A stretch of DNA of 63,966 nt, filler included, from Octopus bimaculoides (GCF_001194135.2; 7 parts of 6 records of this genome joined end to end with filler, not necessarily neighbours in it); one strand, 5' to 3'. Positions 51,294 through 63,432 are shown, counted from the first letter of the whole stretch. Numbers and translations are program-made. Notes: generated by a model not told the origin, from the sequence alone.

Positions 51294-51610
51294 CATGCGT
51301 GCGTGTGTGCGTGCTTTCACGTGACCGATATAATAGCATACAGCTATGAAAACAACTTACAGTTGAAAGGCTACAAGAGTGAAACTATCTACTGGTAATG
51401 CTAATCCTATATATTAGTTAGAAAATATGGAGTTAAATGAATTCGAATGTTCAGGACGATAATTGAATGCTTTTCTGGAATGGTAAATGAACGTTATTTC
51501 AGAGATTAGATGTGAAGATACACAAATGGAGTTTCTGTCCATTGCGGAGGTTTCATTATGTCTTTCATTGAGAAACTTAATCACAAATTATATTAATGCA
51601 CCTAGCTACA

Positions 51611-51648
<38 letters not shown>

Positions 51649-52031
51649 GGATTTCTGGGACGAGAAAGGCAAAATAATAATTACAGCTTTATTTATGCCG
51701 ATTCATTTAATGTGTGTGCAGATGAATGAATGCGCCTCTGTATCGGTGTGTGTGTGAATGTAAATGAGCAAGTGTGTATGTTTGTATATATANNNNNNNN
51801 NNNNNNNNNNNNNNNNNNNNNNNNNNNNNNNNNNNNNNNNNNNNNNNNNNNNNNNNNNNNNNNNNNNNNNNNNNNNNNNNNNNNNNNNNNNNNNNNNNNN
51901 NNNNNNNNNNNNNNNNNNNNNNNNNNNNNNNNNNNNNNNNNNNNNATATAAATACTTCGGCGCTTCCATCTCTCCGAGGTTATATGTGATGTAAGACATG
52001 TGTGTTTTCAAGATGGCGTGGACACACGCAC

Positions 52032-52075
<44 letters not shown>

Positions 52076-52932
52076 ACAGAAACATTATTCAGTCACGCAT
52101 CATACTGAATTTCAATTTGTATCTCATTTCTTCATTTTCGTTTGATTCCTAATGCATGCTAATTAACTGTAGTAAGCTGTTATAAATATATTTTAATTGG
52201 CAATTTTCTTGCTGAAAACTCCCAGATGCGAAAATCCGCAAAGTGATATCGTTTAACCTTTCTAAATATAGTTTATGTGGAATCCCTTGTTTTAGTGTAA
52301 ATTATCCCCTTAGTATTAAATGACTGTGAATGATGTATTCCACAAACGGCAGTCTTGCACACTGTTTCATACACATGCAAACACACACGCTTTCACACAC
52401 ATGCACACAAACACACACACGAATACACTGTAAACAGAAACAATATCCAAATATATTTCCAAGGCAAATCGTGAAGTCATCGATGAAATACTAGAAGGCT
52501 TTCGCTTTATCATAGCCCGTTACCCGCTCTAAGGCCCCGAAGAGGCGAGGGTTGATCTCACCACAAGGGAAACGTAATGAAGCACTCGTCAATTTTCTCA
52601 TGACGCTTCAGTTTCCACCAACGATTACAGCCTACGATGTAACAATTGACTGTCAATTGTATTGGCCACAGACAGGATGTGAACACCCAAACTCCCGGTT
52701 TGGTGCCTAATACACTATCTACTCAGCTGTCTGTACTTACATCTAAACGAAGCATTATATCACTCAGTGACTAAAGTATCGTATTAGCAACGCATTGTGC
52801 ATTGTGAGTTCGTTTTTGTTAAAAACTCTTCGCTGTGTCTTTGATTAAGCAACACGTTTCCTTCATTTTCGTAGATTACCAAGCTTCTATCCGAAGATCG
52901 TCAGCTATTCCTTAGGGGTTTATTCTAAAAGC

Positions 52933-53180
52933 GGGCGCATGGCCTTGTGGTTAAAGTGTAGCATTCACGATCTCTCGAGATCGTGGTTTCAATTCCTAGA
53001 CCGAGACTGCTGCGTTGTACTCTTGAGGATAACACTTCGTCTCACATTGCTCGGCGAACACTTCGACCCCTGAAGTGTTGTATGCCTTGCACCTGTTCAG
53101 AATTTGATGGAGTGAGCGAATGTACATCACATACATTTGATCATGATTAACAAGTCGTCTGTGCCCGTTGTCCATCAAGA
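52933..53180 (+). mobile_element. tRNA-derived SINE
   Basis: A box TGGCCTTGTGG (52940-50) and B box GGTTTCAATTCC (52985-96), followed by a non-tRNA body. Confidence 0.8.
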
Positions 53181-53496
53181 AGTTGCAGAGCCGTCTTTCT
53201 CTGACGACGAGAGACTACCATCTAATAATAATTCTGCTTGTCATTCCGTTGCGTAGCCCGTCGGTAACGCTTTCACGTGATTAGTTGAATGGGAAGAGAG
53301 AAGCAAAGAAAAAGGAGAGAGAAAAATAGGATAAGGCGAAGAGGGAGAAAGAAAAAGAGGGAGAGAGAAGCATCCATGACATGAGGTAAGAGAAGCGTAA
53401 TATTTATTACTTGATTTAAAAACTTAATTGAAGATAGTGATATAGAGGAGTATAATTTTAGCATAAGGGTGATGGTCTGATGGTGAGGTTAAAGGC

Positions 53497-53587
<91 letters not shown>

Positions 53588-53645
53588 TACAGGAGAGAGA
53601 GGGAGAGATACAGGAGAGAGAGGGAGAGATACAGGAGAGAGAGTG
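53497..53645. repeat. (GA)n microsatellite grading into three 21-bp GGGAGAGATACAGGAGAGAGA units
   Basis: Direct reading. Confidence 0.9.
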
Positions 53646-54804
53646 CGGGAGAGAGGAGGTAGAGAGAGAGGAGGGGAAAGAGAAATGATGATGATGGTGG
53701 TGGTGATGGTGGTGGTGGCGGTTGTGACTGGATAGTGAAAAGTGTATTTTTTAAAAATTGAACTGAGTTTTTTTTTTATATCGCCTATCACTTAACGCAT
53801 GCGCATAATTGCAATTCTGTGAAATATTCACGCTTATTTACATGGCAGATATATGCAATTTAACTAAAAGTTCCATCATATGTACGGGATATTCATTTTT
53901 TTTTTTATGGGGAAAATTGAAAGATAAGTGTGAATATTTATTTTATGAATGTTATGTATTATGTCTATAAAATTTGTGCATTAAGTATATAAAATGCATT
54001 AATCATTAATCATCGTATTCCAATTTCTTTCTCTTTTCAATGAGTAGCAGATGAGCGACTATTTTTCCCTACAGACACAAGACAAGCTACGCTTTCAGAT
54101 TTTTGGGATAAAATTTTCAGACATAAGACAATAGGTTTATGTTTAATTCCGAGAAATTTTCACGGATGCCGCTAGTCGAGATAATATTATTATTATTCCA
54201 AGAGAGAATGTTTGTCACTCATGTTTGTCACTGTAAAACCACAATTTAAAACTCTTCCTACAAAGAACTTTTGTATTACAAGAACTGATTGCGTAATTTT
54301 CTTCAACGTTGGATTTCGATCACGATCCGATGAAGATTTCAAATCTGCTTACTGAAATAATTGATTTCTGACAATAACCGCTGAACCCAGGAGTTTCAGC
54401 ATAAGAACCATTATTTTACATATCTCAAACATCAACGTAATTAAGACAAAGCCGCTTTGAGGTCAATTGGTCTGCTAGAAATAGCAACAAAATCTTCCTT
54501 ACAGCACATCATACCATCAAAGAATGCGCGGATATTCAAGCAAGGAAAGAGTTGAACCAATATTCATCGAGTTTGTTTGTTTGGCTTGCATAGTCCTTTA
54601 CTCAATTTAACACCTACATGGTCTTTTGCTGCCTTTAGTGGAATCCAAGACCTCTGCTAACATCCGAGCCAGGGTATGTCGTGAAGGTTATATCTCCCTT
54701 CCTCCCTCCCACTAACCTAAGAAACCCAGAATTGTTTATTAGTGCTGTTCTTCCACCTAACTTGAAGCGAGTACCTTTAAAGTGTTCCGCTAACATAAAT
54801 TAAA

Positions 54805-54912
54805 GAAGAAGAAGAAGAAGAAGAAGAAGAAGAAGAAGAAGAAGAAGAAGAAGAAGAAGAAGAAGAAGAAGAAGAAGAAGAAGAAGAAGAAGAAGAAGAA
54901 GAAGAAGAAGAA
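54805..54912. repeat. (GAA)n microsatellite
   Basis: Direct reading. Confidence 0.95.
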
Positions 54913-55064
54913 AAAGAAGGAAAGAGGTTCTAAGCCCTTGAAAGACTGCTGAAAAATTGTGGATACCTAAGGACGCAAGTAGTAATCGGCTACCCATATA
55001 AATCCTATCGCAGCAACACGGAGGTGTAGTAGATGGTGAGAAGAAATTTGCCTGAGACTCCCAA

Positions 55065-55122
<58 letters not shown>

Positions 55123-55189
55123 CAACGACGACGACGATGATGATGATAATGATAACGACGACAACAACAACAACAACAACAACAACAAG

Positions 55190-55465
55190 ATCTGGAAATA
55201 GAGGTAACTCGAATGTGGGGTCTAAAAACAGAAACAATTCCTATCATAGTGGGTGCATTAGGTATAATAAAAAAAATATTCAGACAAAAACGTAGCAAAA
55301 ACTCCAGGATTAAAATGTATATATAACATACATAAAATAGCACTACTGGGCACCGCACACATCCTACGTAAAACATTTTTAATACAGTAACCATAAGAGC
55401 ATCACAACAAAACCACAGTACAAATTCAAAGCACACAGAGCTGAAAGCACGTGATAAAAATAAGA
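55190..55465 (+). mobile_element. R4/Dong-like LINE 3' terminal fragment (subfamily A)
   Basis: LEIEVTRMWGLKTETIPIIVGALG…IALLGTAHILRK; homologous to 9765-10010; followed by (AAT)n. Confidence 0.85.
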
Positions 55466-55469
55466 CTAC

Positions 55470-55493
55470 TGAATAATAATAATAATAATAATG

Positions 55494-55590
<97 letters not shown>
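55470..55590. repeat. (AAT)n followed directly by (ATT)n, forming a palindrome
   Basis: Symmetry centre AAT|ATT at 55543/55544. Confidence 0.95.
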
Positions 55591-55830
55591 GAGGTATGCG
55601 ATAAGGAAGAAAGAAAAGTCGATAGATATGATAGGTTAGCTTGGGAGGTTAAGCAGTTGTGGTCGATGAAAAAGGTGGTAGTAGTACCAATAATTGTCGG
55701 AGCCCTGGGAACAGTGAGTAAAAATCTTGAGAAGTACATGGAACAAATAAGGGCTGCTATAAGTGTGGAGCACTTGCAGAAAACAGCACTGCTTGGAACC
55801 GCTCGAATACTCCGGATGGTGCTCGAAAGT
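55591..55830 (+). mobile_element. R4/Dong-like LINE 3' fragment (subfamily B)
   Basis: WSMKKVVVVPIIVGALGTVSKNLEKY…LQKTALLGTARILRMVLE. Confidence 0.85.
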
Positions 55831-55832
55831 TC

Positions 55833-56395
55833 ATGGCAAATGAATCGCCATGCAATGTAAAAATACGCAACAGCATTTTCCAAGGAGACTCGCTCTCTTC
55901 ATTACTCTTCGTGGTTGCGTTAATCCTTCTGACAAGTTTACTGAGAAAATCCAGACGTACCTATGAGTTTACCAAATTCAAGATGAGAATAAATCACCTT
56001 CTTTATATAGATGACCTCATGCCGTATAAAAAAGAATGAGACACCTCGACTTTGTGATCCAAAAAGTGAGTATTCATTAAATATAGCGGAATACCATTTG
56101 GGATAAATAACTGTTCAGTTGCTAATTATGAAGAGAGACCGGAAGGTAAACTCTGATGGTATTGATTACCACAAGACGATATTAGATTGCTGTGGAATAA
56201 TGAGGTGTTCAAATATTTAGGAGTGTTGCAAGACGATAGGATAATGGAAGGAGGCATAAGAGAAAGACTCACTAAACAGTGCAAGAGGAGGATGTAGGAA
56301 GCAGCTGGAAAGAAAACTAAATGGAGGAGATATCGTTAAAGCCATAAAAACATGGGCTTTGCCAGTCCTGAGATACACCAGTCTCCTCAGTTGCA
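55833..56395 (+). mobile_element. R4-like RT internal fragment (decayed)
   Basis: IFQGDSLSSLLFV, INHLLYIDDL, KYLGVLQ, NGGDIVKAIKTWALPVLRYT. Confidence 0.8.
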
Positions 56396-56735
56396 CTTCT
56401 TCTGAATCTGCCACCAATGCTGCTGTTTTATCAGCAAACAACAACCGACCCACCTGCCATTTCTCTCCATTTTCTCCCACCATTTGGGTTCTCCTACCAA
56501 AGCTTCTAGCATACATCTCTCTCACGACACCATCCATATATAAATTAAACAGCCACGGGGACATTACACAACCCTGTCTTAACCCCACCTTCACATCATA
56601 CCACTCACTTACTTCACCACCCACCCTAACACACGCCCTGCTTTCTCTATAAAAACTCCTTATAGCTCTCATCAATTTACCATCTACACCACAGAACCGC
56701 AACACCTGCCACTTTGCGTCCCTATCCACACGAAT
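56396..56735 (-). mobile_element. RTE-clade RT core fragment
   Basis: GLRQGCVMSPWLFNLYMDGVVRE…LLFAD…ALVADSEE in one open frame. Confidence 0.88.
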
Positions 56736-56831
56736 AGGGATGCAATGGAGAGAGAAAAACGCTAAGTATCATAATTATTACTGACGTGATGAGATTGATG
56801 ATGACGACGACGACGACGACGACGACGACGA

Positions 56832-56863
<32 letters not shown>

Positions 56864-57216
56864 ATGATGATGTTCAAACTGCACAGATCCATCCTTTCAT
56901 ACCTATCCAATAATGTCTTTCTAAAAATAAACAGTCGCATCATCGGAATCTCAAAGCTACCAAATAATTCAGGATAAATTCAAAACAATGTCAATAAATA
57001 TTTCATTGAGAGATTAATCTAAACGCTGGAGGAGTTTAAATATCGTTTGAAATTCTGTCTATTGACGTATTTGTATATAAACATTATACAGGTGTCTCGA
57101 TGTGTAGGTCACATTACATTTATCGAATAGTGAATGAACGACTAACTAATTCCTTGATCGTCATTATGTTGTTGTTGTTGTTGTCGTCGTCGTTGCTGCT
57201 GCTGCTGCTGTTGTTG

Positions 57217-57248
<32 letters not shown>

Positions 57249-57380
57249 GGTGGTGGCGGTGGTAGTGGTGGTAGTGGTGATGTTGCTGCTACTGCTGTTG
57301 CCGTTGTATTGCTGTTGATGCTTGTTTCGCCCTGTTTCATTGCTATCTAACCAGAGTTATGAGCAAGACGTTCCGCTTCT

Positions 57381-57574
57381 GATCATCTCGCCTTTTTTGC
57401 GTTTCTAACCATTTGACCATCTCGCCTTTTTTGTGTTTCTAACCATCTGACCATCTCGCCTTTTTTGCGTTTCTAACCATCTGACCATCTCGCCTTTTTT
57501 GTTTCTAACCATCTGACCATCTCGCCTTTTTTGTGTTTCTAACCATCTGACCATCTCGCCTTTTTTGCGTTTCT
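57381..57574. repeat. 34-bp minisatellite, ~6 copies, running into a gap
   Basis: Unit CCATCTCGCCTTTTTTG(C/T)GTTTCTAACCATCTGA, head-to-tail with no spacers. Confidence 0.95.
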
Positions 57575-57618
57575 NNNNNNNNNNNNNNNNNNNNNNNNNN
57601 NNNNNNNNNNNNNNNNNN

Positions 57619-57630
57619 TTAATTAATTAA
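57619..57630. other. Artificial assembly linker TTAATTAATTAA
   Basis: 12-mer inside an N-gap block. Confidence 0.95.
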
Positions 57631-57701
57631 NNNNNNNNNNNNNNNNNNNNNNNNNNNNNNNNNNNNNNNNNNNNGAGAGAGAGAGAGAGAGAGAGAGAGA
57701 G

Positions 57702-58147
57702 GTGCGGCAAATATGTGGATAAACAAATTACATATGCTACGTATAACAGTTTGGATATGAAATACAAAATATGTATATATGTATACATGCAACACGAGAG
57801 AATGCAAAAAGTGAAGACTTTTAGATGGTGAATATTTAAATGCTAATATACAGGTGTTTATATTAATAGATCCAACTTACACAGAATTCAAACGACAGAG
57901 AAAATTAAAGGGGTGGAAGAAAGGTGTTTTAAGTCCAACAGCTGTTTCCGGGGGCTCGTAGACCTATAATAATGTTAGTAGATGTAGTTCATCATAATAT
58001 GCGCTTGTAATGGAAGCAATCAACATTGGATAAATCGAGCCTCCGTCATCAGGGTAGATAAGATCTTACATTTCAGATCTTAATGCAGAAAATTTCAAAG
58101 GTGAAATTTTTTCTCTGTCATTTGTACTCCGTGTAAGTTGGATGTAT

Positions 58148-58180
<33 letters not shown>

Positions 58181-58657
58181 NNNNNNNNNNNNNNNNNNNN
58201 NNNNNNNNNNNNNNNNNNNNNNNNNNNNNNNNNNNNNNNNNNNNNNNNNNNNNNNNNNNNNNNNNNNNNNNNNNNNNNNNNNNNNNNNNNNNNNNNNNNN
58301 NNNNNNNNNNNNNNNNNNNNNNNNNNNNNNNNNNNNNNNNNNNNNNNNNNNNNNNNNNNNNNNNNNNNNNNNNNNNNNNNNNNNNNNNNNNNNNNNNNNN
58401 NNNNNNNNNNNNNNNNNNNNNNNNNNNNNNNNNNNNNNNNNNNNNNNNNNNNNNNNNNNNNNNNNNNNNNNNNNNNNNNNNNNNNNNNNNNNNNNNNNNN
58501 NNNNNNNNNNNNNNNNNNNNNNNNNNNNNNNNNNNNNNNNNNNNNNNNNNNNNNNNNNNNNNNNNNNNNNNNNNNNNNNNNNNNNNNNNNNNNNNNNNNN
58601 NNNNNNNNNNNNNNNNNNNNNNNNNNNNNNNNNNNNNNNNNNNNNNNNNNNNNNNNN

Positions 58658-58700
<43 letters not shown>

Positions 58701-58838
58701 TTAAATATTCATCGTCTGAAAGTCTTCACCCTTTATTTTCTCTTGTTTTGCATGTATACATATATACATATTTTGTATTTCATAACCAAACTGTTATATT
58801 TAACATATCTAATTTTTTTATCCGCATAATTGCCTCCA
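57702..58838. mobile_element. Foldback element: ~200-bp imperfect inverted arms around a ~200-bp core carrying an HHR
   Basis: 57702-57845 is the reverse complement of 58698-58838, and 57868-57905 of 58108-58143. The right arm is split by (TA)n plus a gap. Confidence 0.75.
57935..58054 (-). ncRNA. Type I hammerhead ribozyme motif with intact core and a 77-nt loop II
   Basis: CC-CTGATGA-CGGAGGCTCG-[77 nt]-CGAGCCCCCG-GAAA-CAGCTG-TT-GG; stem II pairs 9/10, palindromic stem III, GUU triplet, stem I only 2 bp. Confidence 0.65.
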
Positions 58839-61141
58839 TACTTGATCACCTTGATACCTCTTGTAGCCATTCCTTACCCCGTGGAATTCATTCCCTGTAA
58901 AGACAGCGGAGTCTAAGTTTGAATCATTCGAGCACTACTAAGTGTCTTCTATGCTGAGAATCTCTAGATCTCATCTGTTGACTATGAGAAAACATGTGAA
59001 AGAAGAAAAAAGCGAAGAAAATAAACACGAAGAAGGTTGATGCAAAAAGTTGAATGGGGAGAAGGAAAATACAAGTAAGAAAACCAAGATCTAGGTTTTC
59101 TTCCTTGGATCTTAAGTACTTGTATTTGTCTCTTAAATACTTGTACTTAGATCTTAAGTACACACGCAGATTCCTAAATAAATAGCAATGGAAGTCAGAC
59201 CTGTTGTTCACAACTGCAATTATAATTCTTACTAATGTCATCCTTTCATCTCCAAACATAACTTGAAAAGGACGTTGTGAGACAGCTTTCTTAGTAGTTA
59301 AATGTATACACATATTGCAGGAGCATTTTAAACTCAAACTATGAAACGATGTATTTCACTCACATCTACCAGAGAAACCTTCATTTGATAAACTAATACT
59401 TTAGAAAACACAGAGCACTAACGGGTGATAATTTTGTTTCTTGTAATTACACTGAGGGGAAATAGATTTGCGTGCTTGTACTGGAATACTTCTACAATTT
59501 ATGATATAAACGTTTCAATAAGTGGTGTTATGAAAACTAAAAATACAATCCAAGAAGGTTTGGCTTCTTCAGTTTCGTATAAAATACACATATCATACGA
59601 TATATTGAGCACTTTCCGTTTGTACACATAAACGATCAGCATGTATGTGTGTACGTTATATTAAGCGTGGCTTAATATAAACCAATTATATGCAATAAAA
59701 TGCAGTATAAAAATTTAAGTAGCTATCTATGTGTCGTACTGAATGCGTGTATATGCATCACTGAAAGGCAACATTACTACGGTATTTGTCTGGAGATAAC
59801 ATTTCTTATGAACTCATTGCGTTTAAGAAAACGCAGTATATCGAAGGGAGACGAAAATCGTCCTAACAACGGCCTGCGAAACCACCAGGTGCATTTCGAC
59901 CTCAATTTTTACGATTTCATTTGTTCGTTACATATATCAAATTACTGCTGCCTTAAAGATTAAAACGATGATTTTTTTTTTTTTTGGCGGGGTTTGCTTA
60001 TAGGCTGTACAGACAGCAATCTATCAACCTGGCATGTACAGTTGTCTCTCTAGTTAACACGCCCAGATGATGATCTGTCTCGTCAGCATGTGTTATACAC
60101 AGTGGTCTATATATTCTTGCCATATATAATGACGTTATTCTAACCACATGCTATCTATTGGCAGTTGTCTATTTTGTCACTAAAGCACGCAGTGCTACAT
60201 TTAGTCAGTTTATATAGGCAAGAAAATCAAGTTCAAATTCAAACGCTATTTTAAATGTATTTCGTTCTTTAGGCATGCTGATAAGAAGAATGCAACACTT
60301 TTGTCAAACTATATTTGGTACTTAAAAGAACACAACATTGAAATTTTATATTAAACAGAGAATCTCAAAGCGATGCAGACTCTATATAGATAATTTTTTT
60401 AAAAGGTGTACACAAAATGAGTTTCATAACAAAAAAAAAGTCATCAAAAACTCAGTTAGTTACCCAAATGCTAGGTGTGAATTTTCACGAAGTGCCGACA
60501 CCTAGTTAAATTCGGAACATCTAGACGCCCTCATAGCTAAACAGATAAACATTAACCCAACCGATACAACATGTATTCTTGCTAAAGCTATTAACAGATC
60601 ATGGTTGTAATATTCCTTCAGTATACTGAGAGGAGATGTATATATATAACGTAGTCAGCAGAAATCCGAATAGCAGTAAAATAATACACACCTAATATGG
60701 ATTATTATTACAATCACTACTACCACCACTATGTACTTAAGCTATAAGAGCCAACAAAAACAAAAAAGTACGTATAAGGAAAAGCGGAGTGATATATATA
60801 TATATATATATATATATANNNNNNNNNNNNNNNNNNNNNNNNNNNNNNNNNNNNNNNNNNNNNNNNNNNNNNNNNNNNNNNNNNNNNNNNNNNNNNNNNN
60901 NNNNNNNNNNNNNNNNNNNNNNNNNNNNNNNNNNNNNNNNNNNNNNNNNNNNNNNNNNNNNNNNNNNNNNNNNNNNNNNNNNNNNNNNNNNNNNNNNNNN
61001 NNNNNNNNNNNNNNNNNNNNNNNNNNNNNNNNNNNNNNNNNNNNNNNNNNNNNNNNNNNNATACATACGTAAATATATATATTTATGATATATATATTTA
61101 CGAATATATGTGTATATATATATATATATGTATGTATATAA

Positions 61142-61198
<57 letters not shown>

Positions 61199-61333
61199 CA
61201 TACGTATACACACACGCATGTAAAAATACATATCTTGACCGGTATATATATGCCTATATATATTTGTATGTATGTATGAATATATATGTGTGTGTGTATG
61301 TGTAAGCATATATATGCATATATATATATATGC

Positions 61334-61402
<69 letters not shown>

Positions 61403-61509
61403 ATGTACAAAATCAAGAGAGAGAGGGAGAAAGAGAGAAACAAACAAACAAACAAAGGAAAAAACNNNNNNNNNNNNNNNNNNNNNNNNNNNNNNNNNNN
61501 NNNNNNNNN

Positions 61510-61521
61510 TTAATTAATTAA
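61510..61521. other. Artificial assembly linker TTAATTAATTAA
   Basis: 12-mer inside an N-gap block. Confidence 0.95.
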
Positions 61522-61565
61522 NNNNNNNNNNNNNNNNNNNNNNNNNNNNNNNNNNNNNNNNNNNN

Positions 61566-61943
61566 TACCCGTTCCAGAGTATGGACCAGACAACCCAAGA
61601 CGGTCCAAGAGAACCCGTAAAACCCAAGAGAGACTTTGTTGTTGATACTTCTTGTGTAGCATCAATTTCAGTGGGGAGGTGTTATATGGACTGTTAGATA
61701 TGTAATTCGTCTGACGTTCCGTGTGTCATGTGGTTCGTCTGAGTTCATTGTTTCATTGTTGTTGTCTTGTGGGACTGTCGTAGTAAAATGTCATTGATAT
61801 ATATATGGCGGACATGACTTTTGTTTATTCATAACGAACATTGGGTGAGTGCGTTCTTTGTATGTAATTGAACAATAAATGTAATAATTAAATTGTATAA
61901 CTCGTTGTGTTATCTCTACGAGTCACCCGAGGGAAACATAACA
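61566..61943 (+). mobile_element. 3' end of a Ty3/Gypsy LTR retrotransposon: pol tail, PPT and 264-bp 3' LTR (61680-61943)
   Basis: PRRSKRTRKTQERL integrase-tail motif; PPT AGTGGGGAGG at 61670-79; LTR termini TGTTAT…ATAACA are inverted; AATAAA at 61874. Confidence 0.8.
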
Positions 61944-61979
<36 letters not shown>

Positions 61980-62282
61980 TTCTTGTAATATTTATAATAT
62001 TATGTAAAGAACAACAAAAAAGTTTCAACTATTTTAATTATTACCAAATTATAATATAGTAAGTGTATGTGCATTACTAGTATGTGTGTGTACATGTATG
62101 ATAATTATATATATACACACGTACACCTTAACACGGACTCACACACAGACACATACATTATATATCTATCTCTATATATATATAGTGTGTGTGTGTGTGT
62201 GCGTGATATATGACCTTATAATAGATATAATAAATGTCATGTTTATTCTGCTCTTATATGTGTGATGTGTGCGTGTATATAT

Positions 62283-62370
<88 letters not shown>

Positions 62371-62619
62371 GCATGCATACATCACAGACAGACACACAGA
62401 CAAATGCAAATATATATAGATATATCTTCTTTCCAATGATTTTTAATCAACAGAAAGTTACAGAAGTGCCTCAAGGATTGACAGTTTTCATTCTAGAACA
62501 AAAGCTTTTAGCCATTGTGTCAATTTCTGCTGACTGAAAATAATCAGAAAAAATATATAACTAATCATGTGCTGAGTTTTGTGTCTTATTTGTTCTACCA
62601 AACCTATACTTATATGCAC

Positions 62620-62627
62620 ATGCATAC

Positions 62628-62673
<46 letters not shown>

Positions 62674-63115
62674 CACATGCATATATGCATACATATATCT
62701 GCATATATATATATAGATACATACAGGCACACATATGTACATGCATACATGCACACGCATTTGCATGCATACATGACTACATGCACACACTCTCATACCC
62801 ACATATCGCCATACATAAACTTATACATACATACATTGATATGCACAAACATACATACACGCATACATATACACACATATACATACAGACACACATACAT
62901 ACATGCATGCATACACACATGCATACATACATGCATGCATGCATACATACATACATACATACATACATGCATGTAGGTATACATACATACATACATACAT
63001 GCATGCATACATGTATGCACACATACATGCATACATATATAAATACATACTTACATATACACACACACACATACATACATACATACAGACATACATATAT
63101 ATATACATGCATACA
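62620..63115. repeat. (CA)n/(CATA)n/(CATG)n compound microsatellite
   Basis: Direct reading; source of several spurious His/Thr- and Cys/Val-rich ORFs. Confidence 0.9.
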
Positions 63116-63432
63116 TATTCTTATAATTCATATCTTCCTTCCGTTTCTCATTTCTTCACTTCTCTTAGACTCACATCCTTTGGTAGAACTACCTAGAAGC
63201 TGCCGCTTTGGATCATGCTCATATTCAATGCACTCTAGGTTCACCTCTGCTATTGCTAGTCACTTTCCTGTTGCTACTACCCTCATATATCCCTGTTTTT
63301 ACCCATCATACTCTTCCTCTTTCCATAATTCTATCTGATTTGATATTCCTTATGTTTGCTCTCTCTCCCTATTTTGCTCTAATCCCTATTTCTCATCTCA
63401 GCGACTTAGCAAATATTATATGTGCCCTAGAT

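Noticed and set aside
52642-52660. 9-bp-arm palindrome ACAATTGAC-T-GTCAATTGT
   Set aside because: Expected by chance in 64 kb of AT-rich sequence.
57381-57574. CRISPR-like array
   Set aside because: The 34-bp units are contiguous with no unique spacers, and there are no cas genes in this eukaryotic context; it is a minisatellite.
59656-59680. 11-bp-arm hairpin TTATATTAAGC-GTG-GCTTAATATAA
   Set aside because: Nearly all A/T, near chance expectation, and too short for a pre-miRNA.
60731-63338. Long His/Thr/Ile/Tyr/Cys/Val-rich ORFs, here and at 9-10, 24-27, 35-37, 40, 44-45, 48 and 51-52 kb
   Set aside because: These are translations of (CA)n, (TA)n and (CATA)n microsatellites or of N gaps.
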